DNA of 64,000 bases from Desulfovibrio sp. (lineage in GTDB: Bacteria > Desulfobacterota > Desulfovibrionia > Desulfovibrionales > Desulfovibrionaceae), in NCBI GenBank assembly GCA_031273845.1, contig JAISRC010000162.1:30765-94764 (forward strand). The letters run 5' to 3'. The notes under the pieces were generated by a model that was not told the DNA's origin, did not search any database, and saw nothing but the letters and a program-made list of their open reading frames with translations. A program made the position numbers and the translations under genes. Of this stretch, positions 27,756 to 37,924 are shown piece after piece. The stretch's first letter is position 1. The number at the start of each line of letters is the position of its first letter.

Positions 27756-30509
27756 CTAGAAAGTCTGGCCCATGGAAAACTCGAAACGCCCACTGCTTTT
27801 GTTTCCGTTACGGTCTTCGTCGAAGGGGATACCGTAGGAGAAACGCAGATCACCCATGGGCGAACGCCAGCGCACTTCAAGGCCGGCGGATTTCAGCATT
27901 TCCCGGTTCCAGGAGTAGGAGCGGTCCGCATCCACGTTGAAGCCCATGTCGTAGAAAGGCACCAGATAAAGCCCTGCTTCGTTGCTCAGGGTGTATATGT
28001 ACTCAAGGTTCATGAAAGCCATGCGCGTGCCGCCGATGCGGTCGCCCGTCTCCGGGTCGCGGGGCACTATGTCTTCGCTGTCATAGCCGCGCACGGTATT
28101 CATGCCGCCCATCCAGAAGCGCTCGAAGACAGGTACCTCGTCCTTGCCGTTCTTCAGTATGGCCATGCCCTTGATGCGTCCGTGCAACACATGCTCCGGC
28201 CAAAGCTGGTAATAGCTCTGGTGTTCGGCGGAAAGGGTGATGAAGGAGTCGTCTCCGCCCAGCAGACCGCCGCCGTATTCCACGCCCAGAATGTCTATGT
28301 TGCCGGAGGTGGGGTTTTCCCGGTCGGTGGAGTCGCGCACGAGCCGGGCCAGTCCCACGCTGGTGTAACGGACGCCGTCGGCATAATCCCGGATCAGTCT
28401 GGCCGCGTACTGGTTGGTGTCGTATATTTCATACTCGTCCAGGCGGTAGCCCCAGCCGAAGGACGTATATTCGCCCAGAGGATAGGCAAAACGCACGACT
28501 GCGCCTGTGGTTCTCTTGGTGAAATCTATGTAGTCGTCGCGCCAGTGGTAGACGTCCATGCCCACGCTCAGGTCCGTGTCGTTCCAGCGCGGGTTGCCCA
28601 TGCTCAGGGTGTATGCGTTGCGCCGCGCGGAAAAAGCCGCCTGGAGCGAAACGTTGTATCCCTTGCCCCAGAGATTGCGTTCCATGATGGTGGCGGCCAC
28701 GCCGACCCTTGAAAAGGTCGAGTAGCCTACTCCGGCCATGAGCGCCCCGGTCGGTTTTTCCTTGACCTTGACCTTGAGGTCCACTTCGTCCGCATTTTCC
28801 GTGGGCGAAAGTTCGACCTCGGCCACTTCAAAGTAGCCGAGCTTGTTCAGCCGCTCCGTGCTGCGGCGGAGTTTGTCGCCCTGGAACTGTTCGCCGTCCG
28901 TGAGACGCATTTCGCGCAGAATCACGTTGTCGCGGGTTTTGATGTTGCCTTCCACCGTCACGCGGCGCACATGATACCTGTTTTTCCTGGCTATGGAGAA
29001 AACGATGTCCACGGTGTCGGAGCCGTCGGCGCGCTTGCGCGGGAGGGCTTCTACGTCGGCAAAGGCGTAACCGTAATCCGCATAAAATTCCGTAAGCTTT
29101 TTCACATCACTCTGCATCTGCGTCAGATTGAACCAGGCGCCGGACGAGGCCATCTCGTCCATGCCTGTTTCTTCTTTCAGACGTTCTTCCGTGTCTATGA
29201 GGTCACCGGCAAAGGTGATGTTGCCCAAGGTATAACGCGGGCCTTCATGGATGGGGAAGGTGACGACGATGCCGTCTTCGGTGTAGTCTATTTTGGGCGC
29301 GGCCACAGTCACGTCCATGAAGCCGCGATCCAGATAATAGGCGGTGATGGCCGAGGAATCGCGCTCGATGAGTTCTTCCTTGAGCACGCCTGTACCCGTT
29401 ATCCAGGAAATTATGCTGCGTTCGGAGAGCAGAAGCTGGTCCTGCACATCGCCCGCGTCGAGCTGCTCGCAGCCGTCCAGGCGGACCTCGCTGATGTAAA
29501 GTTTTTTTCCTTCGTTGATGCTCAGGTTCAGGGCGGCGGAATTGCTCCCCGGCCGCACGTCCACATGCTGGTCCACCGTCGCCAGATAATAGCCTTCCTT
29601 GCGGTAGGCTTCGAGGATTTTCTGGATGTCGTCGGCAAGCAGTTTTTCGTTGAGAATGGACCCGGCTTTGTTGCCCATGACGGCCAGAAGGTCGTCGTCG
29701 TCCAGTTCGGAGTTTCCGGTGAAGGTGACGCTTTCAAGCCTGGGTTTTTCCTTGACCGTGTAAACGGCCCAGAGTCCGTCCGGGCGGGGTTCGAGGGTGA
29801 CCTGGACATCGCTGAAATAGCCGAGGTCCCAAATCTGCTTCACTTCCTGGTCGATGGCCGCCGCATCGGGTTTGTCCCCCTTGCGCGTGCTGATGCGCAT
29901 GAGCACCACGTCGGGGTCCAGAACCAGCGTGCCGCGCACCTCAATGCCGGCTATGACCGCTCCGCCCGGATCGGGAGCGCCCGGACGCGGCAGTTCGGCG
30001 AGTATGGCGGAGGCCAACTGATCCGCGGCTGTGGGCATGCTTGCCGTGCCGCCGTCGAGTTCCACGAATACGGGCACGGGCGAACGGGCTGCTCCGGCAG
30101 GGGCCAGCCGGGCGTCGATGCTCATGCTTGAGCCGGAAATGTTCACCGAGCCGTAGACGGCATAGGCCGCGCCGGCCGAGGCCGCCAGAGAACGGACGGC
30201 GGCGGGGTCCAGAGAATCGATGCGGCGCGCCTTGATCAGCGCCAGCATTCTCTCGTGCGGGATAACGGCCGCGCCGGAGGCCGTCAGACGCCGGCCCATA
30301 AGCTGGGCGAAAGAACTGTCCGCCTCCTGCCGGCCGTCCTCCTGCCGCACATTGAAGGGCAACACAAGGATGCGCGGGGCGCCGGACCCGGCTGCCTTCG
30401 CCCGCGCGGCGGCGGCCTGCGCCTCTGTTATGAAAAGCAGGCAGACCAGTATCGCCGACAGGACAAAGCAGGTGGAAATTCCCGAACCTCGTTCAGCGCG
30501 ATTGCTCAT
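27756..30509 (-). CDS. bamA: Outer membrane protein assembly factor BamA with N-terminal extension
   Basis: POTRA repeats (IWDLGYFSDV, LNKLGYF), L6 loop VRGY motif and C-terminal FEFSMGQTF. Confidence 0.95.
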   Translation of the reverse strand: MSNRAERGSGISTCFVLSAILVCLLFITEAQAAAARAKAAGSGAPRILVLPFNVRQEDGRQEADSSFAQLMGRRLTASGAAVIPHERMLALIKARRIDSLDPAAVRSLAASAGAAYAVYGSVNISGSSMSIDARLAPAGAARSPVPVFVELDGGTASMPTAADQLASAILAELPRPGAPDPGGAVIAGIEVRGTLVLDPDVVLMRISTRKGDKPDAAAIDQEVKQIWDLGYFSDVQVTLEPRPDGLWAVYTVKEKPRLESVTFTGNSELDDDDLLAVMGNKAGSILNEKLLADDIQKILEAYRKEGYYLATVDQHVDVRPGSNSAALNLSINEGKKLYISEVRLDGCEQLDAGDVQDQLLLSERSIISWITGTGVLKEELIERDSSAITAYYLDRGFMDVTVAAPKIDYTEDGIVVTFPIHEGPRYTLGNITFAGDLIDTEERLKEETGMDEMASSGAWFNLTQMQSDVKKLTEFYADYGYAFADVEALPRKRADGSDTVDIVFSIARKNRYHVRRVTVEGNIKTRDNVILREMRLTDGEQFQGDKLRRSTERLNKLGYFEVAEVELSPTENADEVDLKVKVKEKPTGALMAGVGYSTFSRVGVAATIMERNLWGKGYNVSLQAAFSARRNAYTLSMGNPRWNDTDLSVGMDVYHWRDDYIDFTKRTTGAVVRFAYPLGEYTSFGWGYRLDEYEIYDTNQYAARLIRDYADGVRYTSVGLARLVRDSTDRENPTSGNIDILGVEYGGGLLGGDDSFITLSAEHQSYYQLWPEHVLHGRIKGMAILKNGKDEVPVFERFWMGGMNTVRGYDSEDIVPRDPETGDRIGGTRMAFMNLEYIYTLSNEAGLYLVPFYDMGFNVDADRSYSWNREMLKSAGLEVRWRSPMGDLRFSYGIPFDEDRNGNKSSGRFEFSMGQTF

Positions 30510-31194
30510 ACAGATCTCCGGACTTTAGTTCGAAGCGTCTGGCCATGCGGCCCGCCAGCTCCGGATTGTGTGTAACCACGACCATGGACATGCCTCGATC
30601 CGCATTCAGGCGCATGAGCAGATCCGCAACCAGCATGCCGTTTTTTTCATCAAGGTTGCCCGTGGGTTCATCAGCCAGAAGCACGGCAGGCTTACGCACC
30701 ACCGCCCTGGCTATGGCCGCCCTCTGGCGTTCGCCGCCGGAAAGCAGGCCGACATTGAAATGCGCCCTGTCGGCAAGATCCACAAGTTCCAGCATTTCCG
30801 CCGCTTTTTCCAGAGCAGCCTCCATGGGTTCGCCGCCGATCACCGCCTGCATGGCCACATTTTCCAGGGTGGTAAACTCAGGCAACAGATGGTGGAACTG
30901 AAAAACAAAACCGATGCTTTCATTGCGCAGGCGGGCTTTCGTATCAGCGTCCAAGGCCCGCATATCCGTTCCGCGGAAGTATATCTCCCCGGAACCCGGT
31001 TCGGCAAGCGTACCCATGATATGCAGCAGCGTTGATTTGCCGGACCCGGAGGCGCCGACTACGGCCGCGCTTTCCCCTTCTTGTATATCAAGGTTGATGC
31101 CTTGTAAAACACGAACTTTTTCGCCCGGCCCGTCGAATTCCTTGACCAGGTTGCGCAGTGAATACAAGGAAAGGGGCGCCGGCAGGGAACTCAT
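30493..31194 (-). CDS. lolD: Lipoprotein-releasing system ATP-binding protein
   Basis: GASGSGKSTLL, GFVFQFHHLLPEFT and LSGGERQR, downstream of lolE. Confidence 0.92.
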   Translation of the reverse strand: MSSLPAPLSLYSLRNLVKEFDGPGEKVRVLQGINLDIQEGESAAVVGASGSGKSTLLHIMGTLAEPGSGEIYFRGTDMRALDADTKARLRNESIGFVFQFHHLLPEFTTLENVAMQAVIGGEPMEAALEKAAEMLELVDLADRAHFNVGLLSGGERQRAAIARAVVRKPAVLLADEPTGNLDEKNGMLVADLLMRLNADRGMSMVVVTHNPELAGRMARRFELKSGDLYEQSR

Positions 31195-32420
31195 TCATGC
31201 CTCAGAGCTTCGACCGGCTCAATCCCCGCCGCCTGACGCGCCGGGTACAGGGTTGCGAAAAAACAGAGCAACATGGCGCACAGTCCGGTCAGCAACACGT
31301 CTTGCCACTGCAGGAGTACGGGCAGATAATCAAGAGAATACACTCCCCTGGGCAGTTCGATAAATTTATAGCGCTTCAACAGCATGCAGCAGCCGAGCCC
31401 CAGCAGCATGCCCGCGGTTGTGCCCATGCAACCGATCAGCAGTCCTTGGAGCGTAAAAATGCGACGCACCATGCCGGCGCGGGCGCCCATGGACATCAGG
31501 ATCGCTATGTCCCGTTTTTTTTCCATGACCAGCATGACCAGGGCCGTCACTATGGAAAAGGAACCCACCAGCACCACCAGGGTCAGGATGACGGCCATGG
31601 CCGCTTTTTCCAGTTTCAGGGCGGCAAAGAGGTTGGCGTTCATTTCCTGCCAGGTGCGGACGTAGAGGTCGGTCCTGTCCGTGAGGGACAGCGCCCGGCG
31701 CATGATTTCCCCGGCCGCGTAAACGTCGTCCACCGCCGTTTCGATGCCGGAAATGGACCGGTCCGGCCGCCCCAGGACCTCCCTGGCGTTGCTCAGGTTC
31801 ACAAAGGCCAGGGCGCTGTCGTAATCGGCAAGGCCGATACGGAAAAGCCCGACCACGCGGAAGGGCATGATGCGCGGGCTGAAGCCCGCGGCGCTTTGCC
31901 GGCCGGACGGGGCCATGACGTTGATCCTGCCGCCCACGTCCACAGCCAGTTTGTCCGCCAGAACCTCGCCGATGATGATGCCGGGCAGTCCTTCGGTATC
32001 GTCCAAATCCCCGACCTTGCCGCGGGTCATATTTTTCAGCCCTCCGAGCACTGCCGCCGCGCTTTTCGGGTCCACCCCCCGGAGGTAGACCCCGGAACCG
32101 CCCGAACGGCCGGAGAGCAACACCCCGGAATGGATGAAGGGCGTAAGGGCCGTGATACCCGGAGCGGAACGCAATGCCGCCTCGAGATTTTCGTCCTCCT
32201 CGAATACGGGCGCGGAACTGTAGACAACGGCATGGGCGGACATGCCGATGATTTTGTCCCGCAAATCCGTTGTGAACCCGTTCATCACTCCCATGACCAC
32301 AATGAGAGAAGCAACGCCGAGAGCCACTCCGGCCACGGATATCCAGGAAATGACCGAGATGAACGCCTGGCCCCTGCGGGCGAAAAGATAGCGCCGCGCA
32401 ACGAAAAGTTCAAAACTCAT
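31191..32420 (-). CDS. lolE: Lipoprotein-releasing system permease LolC/E
   Basis: MSFELFVARRYL...FISVISWISVAGVALGVASLIVVMGVMNGF, EKKRDIAILMSMGA and IEPVEALRHE. Start at ATG 32420. Confidence 0.92.
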   Translation of the reverse strand: MSFELFVARRYLFARRGQAFISVISWISVAGVALGVASLIVVMGVMNGFTTDLRDKIIGMSAHAVVYSSAPVFEEDENLEAALRSAPGITALTPFIHSGVLLSGRSGGSGVYLRGVDPKSAAAVLGGLKNMTRGKVGDLDDTEGLPGIIIGEVLADKLAVDVGGRINVMAPSGRQSAAGFSPRIMPFRVVGLFRIGLADYDSALAFVNLSNAREVLGRPDRSISGIETAVDDVYAAGEIMRRALSLTDRTDLYVRTWQEMNANLFAALKLEKAAMAVILTLVVLVGSFSIVTALVMLVMEKKRDIAILMSMGARAGMVRRIFTLQGLLIGCMGTTAGMLLGLGCCMLLKRYKFIELPRGVYSLDYLPVLLQWQDVLLTGLCAMLLCFFATLYPARQAAGIEPVEALRHE

Positions 32421-32516
32421 TATGAAAAGCCTTTTGCCGCCGACCCGCCTTGTGTGCTTTTTCGGAACCGCGACCGGCAACCATTAACATTCTTTCTAAA
32501 AAAACTCTAGAACATT

Positions 32517-32618
32517 TTAAGGAAATACTGATTTAATCGGGGCTCCGCCCCGAACCTCGCCGGGGGAAATTACTACAAGATTTTGTCCGCCTTTACTTCG
32601 TTCGGACGGACAGGCCCT
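32517..32618 (+). mobile_element. Truncated family-B MITE (left half)
   Basis: ttaaggaaatactgatttaatcggggctccgccccgaac...gggggaaattactacaagattttgtccgcc matches the left half of the 15201 and 55418 copies. Confidence 0.8.
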
Positions 32619-32644
32619 GGAACACTTGCGGAGCTTTCAAACCA

Positions 32645-35578
32645 TTATACTATTTTGAGCGCGGGCCAGCCCTGTTCCGCGGCCGTGCGTTCCAGGGCCG
32701 CGCCGCCGAGGACACAGACGCGGCCTTTGTCTTTCAAGGCTTCCAACGCCGCGGCAAAATCCGTGAAATCTTTTTGCGTCGTGCCCAGGATTTCTTCGCG
32801 CATACGCCCGCGCCGTTCCTCGTCGTCCGCGCTCAGGGCGCGGACAAGGGCCGCGCGGCCCCGTGCGTCCGGCAGGAGATAGGCGTCCAGTTCCCCTATG
32901 GCCCCGATCACGGCTTTTTCCAGTTCCGCCTGAGAAGGTTTGTTTTCCGCGAGACTGCGGGCGGCGGCATCAAAAATATCCAGTGTGGACAGGATGCCGG
33001 GGTCCCGGTACGAAACGGCGACCAGGGAGCCGCCGGCCCGGTCCAGGGAACAGAAACAACCGTAAGCGCCGCCCTGCACGCGCACCCGGTCCCACAGGTA
33101 GCCGGCGCGCAGGTGCTTGAGCACAACCTGGGCCGATCCGCGGTAGACGTAACCGGCGTCGAAGAGATTGACTCCCTTGCCCACAAAGTTGACCTGCGCG
33201 GGCAGAATAAGGGCTTCGCGCTCCGGGAGTACTTCGGCCGTGCCGTTCTCCGGGCCGTATTCGGGCAGGGGCCCGCCGGAAGCGGCGGTCAGGCGCGCGG
33301 CCAGATCGGCGGCCTGTTTCAGCAGTTCGGCGCGCTGTTCGGGCAAGGCCGTGAGGTTCAGCGCCGGGGCGGAAGTGTGCAGCACCGTCCGGCGCAAGGT
33401 TTCCAGGTCCTCAAGAACGGAAGCGTCGCCGCTTTCCAGGGCCTTGGCCGTCCGGCGCAGGTAAGGCAGGGTGCTCAGGCCGCAGGCTTCTTCCTCGCGT
33501 CTGCCCGTTTCACCCAAAGACGCCCGCAGGCGCGAGGCTACGGCCAGATGTCCCGAGGGGGCCAGACTGTGTTCCAGGCGGGCTTTTTCTTCCAGCACCA
33601 TGCGCAGAAAGCGCTCGGGGTCGTTGAACACGGCTTCGCAGAGGGCTTCGCCCATCAGCTCGAAAAGGTCCGCTGCCTTGTCGGGCGCGCCTTTGCCCGC
33701 GAGGATCAGGCGGCCTGCCGGGGCGCGGTCCGGGAAACGGGTGAGAAACAGCAGGTCACCGGCCATGCCGCCGGTCTTGCGGGCGACAAGCATGTTGAAG
33801 GCCGCGAAATCGTGTTTGCGCGTGCCCATTTCCAGAAGCGCCCTGGCGAACAGCGGCAACAGCGGCAGCAGGCGGTGCGGCACGCCGCCGAGGTCGAAGG
33901 CGGCCTCCGCATAGACAATGCCCCTCGTGGGCAGGGGATGGAAAAAGACTTCCGCCTCGGCCGGCGCAAGGGTGGTGCTTTCCGTGGGGATCGGCCTGTT
34001 GCGCGCCGGCAGGTCCGCAAGGACGAGCCGGGGAATGCGCGCCAGGTCTTCCGGGGAATCGGGCGCGGCCTGCGCGGCGCGCAATGCTTCGGCTCTGGGG
34101 GCGACGGCGGCGCGTTCCTCGGCGCTCATGGCCGCGCTTACGGCGGCGACGCGTTCCTTTTCTTCCCGCTCCAGGCGTTCTTCCAGGCCGGGGTCCGGCT
34201 CAAGAACCACCGTGACCCGATGCGGGTTGGAAAGGAAAAAGTTTTCGATAATCGTCTCAAAATATCCGCCCTTTCCCGGCTCTGCGGCGGCGATGCGCTC
34301 TTTGATTCTGCGCAGAGGGCCTTCAAAACGCAGAGTGGCCAGAGGATCGCCTTCGTGCAGCCAGGTAGTCAGGGCGCGGAGCATGACCGCGAGTCCCACG
34401 GGGAAGCGCCCGGAATTGTTCTCGCGCAGATCGAACTCCACGCTGTTCACGGCCGCCTCGACCATATCTCCGGGTAGTCCCTGTTCCACGAGGTCCCGCA
34501 GGGTTTTGAGGATCAACTCTTCCACCCGGCCGGCGACGGAAGTTTCCACGCCTTTCAGGCCGGTATTGAAGACCGGTTGGCGCAGTTCGTCTTCCAGGCC
34601 GTTCCCGGCCAGGTCTTCGCCCAGCCCGGACTCGATCAGGGCGCGGCGCAACGGGGAGGCGGGCAGACCCAGGAGTATGTGCTCCAGCATGCGGAAGGCC
34701 GGAGCTGTTTCGGTATCCGCTGTTTCCGGCCCCGCCCAGTTCAGGGTGACCATGCCTTTTTCCGGCTCTTCCCCTTCGGCGGGTGAAACGGCAAAGGGCA
34801 CGACGATTCTGCGCGGGTTGTCGAAGGGCTTTTGCAGGCCCACGGCCGAATTCGGGGTGAGGCGGGAAAAGGGGGCGAGTACGGCGCCGATCCGTCTCAG
34901 GCGTTCTTCCTCCGGATCGTCGCCCCAGAAAAAGAAGCGGGCGTTGGAGGGATGGTAATGCCGGGCATGAAAGTCGCGGAAGCGCGCATAGTCCAGATCG
35001 GGAATCTTCGCCGGGTCCCCGCCGGATTCCAGGGCATAGGCCGTATCCGGAAACAGGGAATGCAGGCAGTAGCGTTCCAGCACCGAGTCCGGGGAGGAAA
35101 AGGCCCCTTTCATTTCGTTGTAGACCACGCCCTTGAAAATCAGGCCGTTTTCCGACGGCTCCAGGTGTCTGCCTTCCTGTTCGAAGGTCTGCTCGCTGAT
35201 TTCAGGGAAAAAAACCGCGTCCAGATAGACGTCGACGAGGTTGTAAAAATCCTTGAGATTGGCGCTCGCCACCGGGTAACAGGTCTTGTCCGGGTAGGTG
35301 AAGGCATTGAGAAAGGTGTGCAGGGACCCTTTGAGCAGTTCCACGAAAGGTTCTTTGACAGGATATTTTTTTGAACCGCAGAGTACGGAGTGTTCAAGAA
35401 TATGGGCGACGCCCGAGGAATCGAAGGGCGGGGTGCGGAAGGTCACGCCGAAGACCTTGTTTTCATCGTCGTTGATGAAGGACAGGAGGGGGGCGTGTGT
35501 GGCCTCGTGCCGCCAGAGGCGGACGCGGGAGGAGAGTTCGGCGATGTGTTCTTCGTTCAGCAGAGTAAAGCCGTGCAT
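32645..35578 (-). CDS. M16C zinc metallopeptidase (presequence protease/PreP-like)
   Basis: Inverted zinc motif HILEHSVLCGS, LNAFTYPDKTCYP, GVVYNEMKG and RVQGGAYG. Confidence 0.95.
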   Translation of the reverse strand: MHGFTLLNEEHIAELSSRVRLWRHEATHAPLLSFINDDENKVFGVTFRTPPFDSSGVAHILEHSVLCGSKKYPVKEPFVELLKGSLHTFLNAFTYPDKTCYPVASANLKDFYNLVDVYLDAVFFPEISEQTFEQEGRHLEPSENGLIFKGVVYNEMKGAFSSPDSVLERYCLHSLFPDTAYALESGGDPAKIPDLDYARFRDFHARHYHPSNARFFFWGDDPEEERLRRIGAVLAPFSRLTPNSAVGLQKPFDNPRRIVVPFAVSPAEGEEPEKGMVTLNWAGPETADTETAPAFRMLEHILLGLPASPLRRALIESGLGEDLAGNGLEDELRQPVFNTGLKGVETSVAGRVEELILKTLRDLVEQGLPGDMVEAAVNSVEFDLRENNSGRFPVGLAVMLRALTTWLHEGDPLATLRFEGPLRRIKERIAAAEPGKGGYFETIIENFFLSNPHRVTVVLEPDPGLEERLEREEKERVAAVSAAMSAEERAAVAPRAEALRAAQAAPDSPEDLARIPRLVLADLPARNRPIPTESTTLAPAEAEVFFHPLPTRGIVYAEAAFDLGGVPHRLLPLLPLFARALLEMGTRKHDFAAFNMLVARKTGGMAGDLLFLTRFPDRAPAGRLILAGKGAPDKAADLFELMGEALCEAVFNDPERFLRMVLEEKARLEHSLAPSGHLAVASRLRASLGETGRREEEACGLSTLPYLRRTAKALESGDASVLEDLETLRRTVLHTSAPALNLTALPEQRAELLKQAADLAARLTAASGGPLPEYGPENGTAEVLPEREALILPAQVNFVGKGVNLFDAGYVYRGSAQVVLKHLRAGYLWDRVRVQGGAYGCFCSLDRAGGSLVAVSYRDPGILSTLDIFDAAARSLAENKPSQAELEKAVIGAIGELDAYLLPDARGRAALVRALSADDEERRGRMREEILGTTQKDFTDFAAALEALKDKGRVCVLGGAALERTAAEQGWPALKIV

Positions 35579-35587
35579 GTCTTGTCC

Positions 35588-35716
35588 TTAAGGCAATTTG
35601 ATTTTGAGACGCCTCCTTCGGCGCTTAACGGCGAAAGCAAGTTTCGCCTGCGCCTGCGGGGCGGGCGACGGCGCTCCGCGCTTACGCCGTCTGAGCATTT
35701 TCAACTTGGAAATGCT
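35588..35716 (+). mobile_element. Family-A MITE-like repeat (full copy)
   Basis: ttaaggcaatttgattttgagacg...cttaacggcgaaagcaagtttcgcctgcgcctgcggggcggg...gagcattttcaacttggaaatgct. Confidence 0.85.
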
Positions 35717-35836
35717 AAAGCATTTAACGCTTGAGATTGTTGCTTGCTGCGGGCATAGCCCGCCTGCTCCAATCCCGCGGCGGGTTTGGCTGCAAACCCG
35801 TGCAGGGCAGTTTATCATTAATGTATAAACAGCCCT
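35716..35836 (+). repeat. Family-C repeat followed by a 33-bp palindrome
   Basis: taaagcatttaacgcttgagattgttgc...gcgggcatagcccgcc...tgcaaacc, then agggcagtttat-N9-ataaacagccct (35804-35836). Confidence 0.7.
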
Positions 35837-35925
35837 AAAGCAATTTGATTTTGAGACGCATCCTCCGACGTTTAACGGCGAAAGCAGGCTTCACCCATGT
35901 CTGCGGGGCGGGCGGCGGCAATGTC
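35835..35925 (+). mobile_element. Partial family-A repeat
   Basis: ctaaagcaatttgattttgagacgcatcctccgacgtttaacggcgaaagca...tctgcggggcgggcggcggc. Confidence 0.75.
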
Positions 35926-36250
35926 ATGCAGCCGGGGATACAGTGACCCTGTTCAGAGGAGCCCCCCCGCCTTTCTCACCTCAGTCTTGGCGGCCAAGCC
36001 TCTATGATTTTTTTTTCATTCGATTGATGCCCTTCCGCCTTCTGTCGTCCATAATCCCCTCGCCATCTTCCCTTCATACCCGATATCCTTTGCGCCGCAA
36101 TATCTGTAGCATTTTTTTGTTGCGCCCCAGCGTTTTCCCGCCGGCACGGCATGATTTTCCCCCGGCGCGCCGGGAGAGGTTCCGGCAATCATGAAAAGAA
36201 GTATGTAAAAGCGGCGGGATGTAAAATATTGCGCGCTCCGGCCGCTTTTT

Positions 36251-36266
36251 TGGCACGGGCTTTGAA
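36251..36266 (+). promoter_or_regulatory. Probable sigma54 promoter of fliK-flgD-flgE
   Basis: TGGCACGGGCTTTGAA is GG-N10-GA (a -12 variant), 26 nt before the fliK ATG. It shares 13 bp (GGCACGGGCTTTG) with the promoter at 596. Confidence 0.6.
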
Positions 36267-36291
36267 TTGATACCCGCGCAAGGAGACGGAC

Positions 36292-37836
36292 ATGCAATTT
36301 TTTCCCATAGACGGAATCAGCGCGGACAACTTTGCGGACAATCCCGCGACAAGCGCGCGGACGGACGGAACGCAGGCATCCGCGCACGCGGATTTTAACG
36401 CCGTGCTGCGTTCCTTTATAGAAGAAGACAGGGAAGACTACAGCGGCCGCCCGGCCGGGTTCGCCGCCTACGATGCGCGTCCGGACGCCGTGGACGAGAA
36501 GCTGCGCGGCCTTGTCAAGGACGAACTGCGCAAGCGCAGCGTATCCGAAGAACATTTGCAACGGCTGGACGCCCTCACCGCTTCCGGTCAGCCCCTGACC
36601 GTATCAGCCATGTTCAACGCTCTGGCCGGGCGTTCCCGCGCAAGCGCGCCCTTGACTGAAGACGAGGGAAACACCCTGAAAGGGCTGCTGAACAAAGTCG
36701 GTTTCGATGCGGACGGGCAGGCGGAAATAATAGCCCTGAGCGACGCCGGCGACGTGAACGGCATGTGGAACCGTATTTCCGCCGGGCTTTCCGGGCATAA
36801 AAATGCAATCGGCATCAACAGGGAAGAGTTCGCCGCCCTTCTCAAGGGATTTGACCTTTCCCAAGAAAACGCGGCCTTTCTGGCAGGACGTTTTAAAGAA
36901 CAGGAAAACGAAGGTTTTACCGGAGATTCCCTCAGGGAACTTCTGGCGCCGGCCATGAAGGAAACCGCCGACCGCGCCCTTGCTTCACGCCGCGCGTCGC
37001 AGGAAATGCGCGCGGCCGTCGATGAGGCCATGCGCCGGGCCAAGGCCGGCGAGCGATACGAAACGGTTGAGGACAAGCGCGGCAGCAGGCTCAGCGAGCA
37101 GAGCGAAGCCCTTATGCAGGACAGCGTGCGGCGCAGAACCGGCGTGGACGACGTAAAGGACTCCGCGCGCGACGGGGAAGAAGGAGCGGAGGAGCGCAGG
37201 GAACGCAGAAACCGCCCCGAAAATATGCCCCGCGCCGATGGGGAAAAACCGGGCCCGCAAAGTCAGGCGCGTTCCGCGTCCGCGCGGGAGACCGCGACTT
37301 CGCCGCCGCCCGAAACTTTCATCAACGCCCTTGTGCCGGGCAGGGAAGCCGCGTTCAGCCGGGACCCGCTTCCGGCGACGCGGGCTGCGGCCTACAGTTC
37401 GGAAATTTTTGCCCAGGTTGAAGGCGGTCTGCTCCAGGGCGTGCAAAACGGCGCGCAGAAACTGACCCTGCAACTCAACCCCGCGGAACTGGGGGCCGTC
37501 ACCGTGGTCCTGAGTTTCCATCAGGGCGAGCTTCGGGCGAGTCTCCGGGCGGAACGGGCCGAGAGCGCGGAAGTCCTCACGCAGCAGCTTGCCGAACTCA
37601 GGACGCGTCTGGAAGAGCAGGGCATCAAGGTGGCGGAACTGGACGTGCGCGCCTCCCTGTCCGACAACGGTTCCGCCGGAACCTGGGATGGATATGGAGA
37701 ACACAACCTCATGCGCGACTCCGGTGAAAGGGGCCGCCTGATACGTCTGGCCCGCATGCGGCGGGACGAAACAGCGGCGGGCAGCGCGGCGGAGCCCGTC
37801 CGACCCGGAGAAGGCGGACTGCATCTTGTGGCCTGA
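36292..37836 (+). CDS. fliK: Flagellar hook-length control protein
   Basis: C-terminal LTLQLNPAELGAVTVVL...LRTRLEEQGIKVAELDV Flg_hook domain, upstream of flgD/flgE. Confidence 0.88.
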   Translation: MQFFPIDGISADNFADNPATSARTDGTQASAHADFNAVLRSFIEEDREDYSGRPAGFAAYDARPDAVDEKLRGLVKDELRKRSVSEEHLQRLDALTASGQPLTVSAMFNALAGRSRASAPLTEDEGNTLKGLLNKVGFDADGQAEIIALSDAGDVNGMWNRISAGLSGHKNAIGINREEFAALLKGFDLSQENAAFLAGRFKEQENEGFTGDSLRELLAPAMKETADRALASRRASQEMRAAVDEAMRRAKAGERYETVEDKRGSRLSEQSEALMQDSVRRRTGVDDVKDSARDGEEGAEERRERRNRPENMPRADGEKPGPQSQARSASARETATSPPPETFINALVPGREAAFSRDPLPATRAAAYSSEIFAQVEGGLLQGVQNGAQKLTLQLNPAELGAVTVVLSFHQGELRASLRAERAESAEVLTQQLAELRTRLEEQGIKVAELDVRASLSDNGSAGTWDGYGEHNLMRDSGERGRLIRLARMRRDETAAGSAAEPVRPGEGGLHLVA

Positions 37837-37924
37837 GGACCCGTCTGTGCCGAGTATTCAACGGGATTCGGGAAAACAGGCAAAATGCTTCAAACCGTAA
37901 AGAAAATTCTGATGAAGGTGTACC

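Noticed and set aside
35588-35828. Small ORFs 35598..35828, 35588..35818, 56255..56497, 5167..5355, 7703..8071
   Set aside because: They are translations of the family-A/B repeats (recurrent LILRR...TAKASFA peptides), not genes.
35930-36250. Possible sRNA or small gene upstream of fliK
   Set aside because: Pyrimidine/purine-skewed, but I could not support a convincing promoter-terminator pair or ORF.
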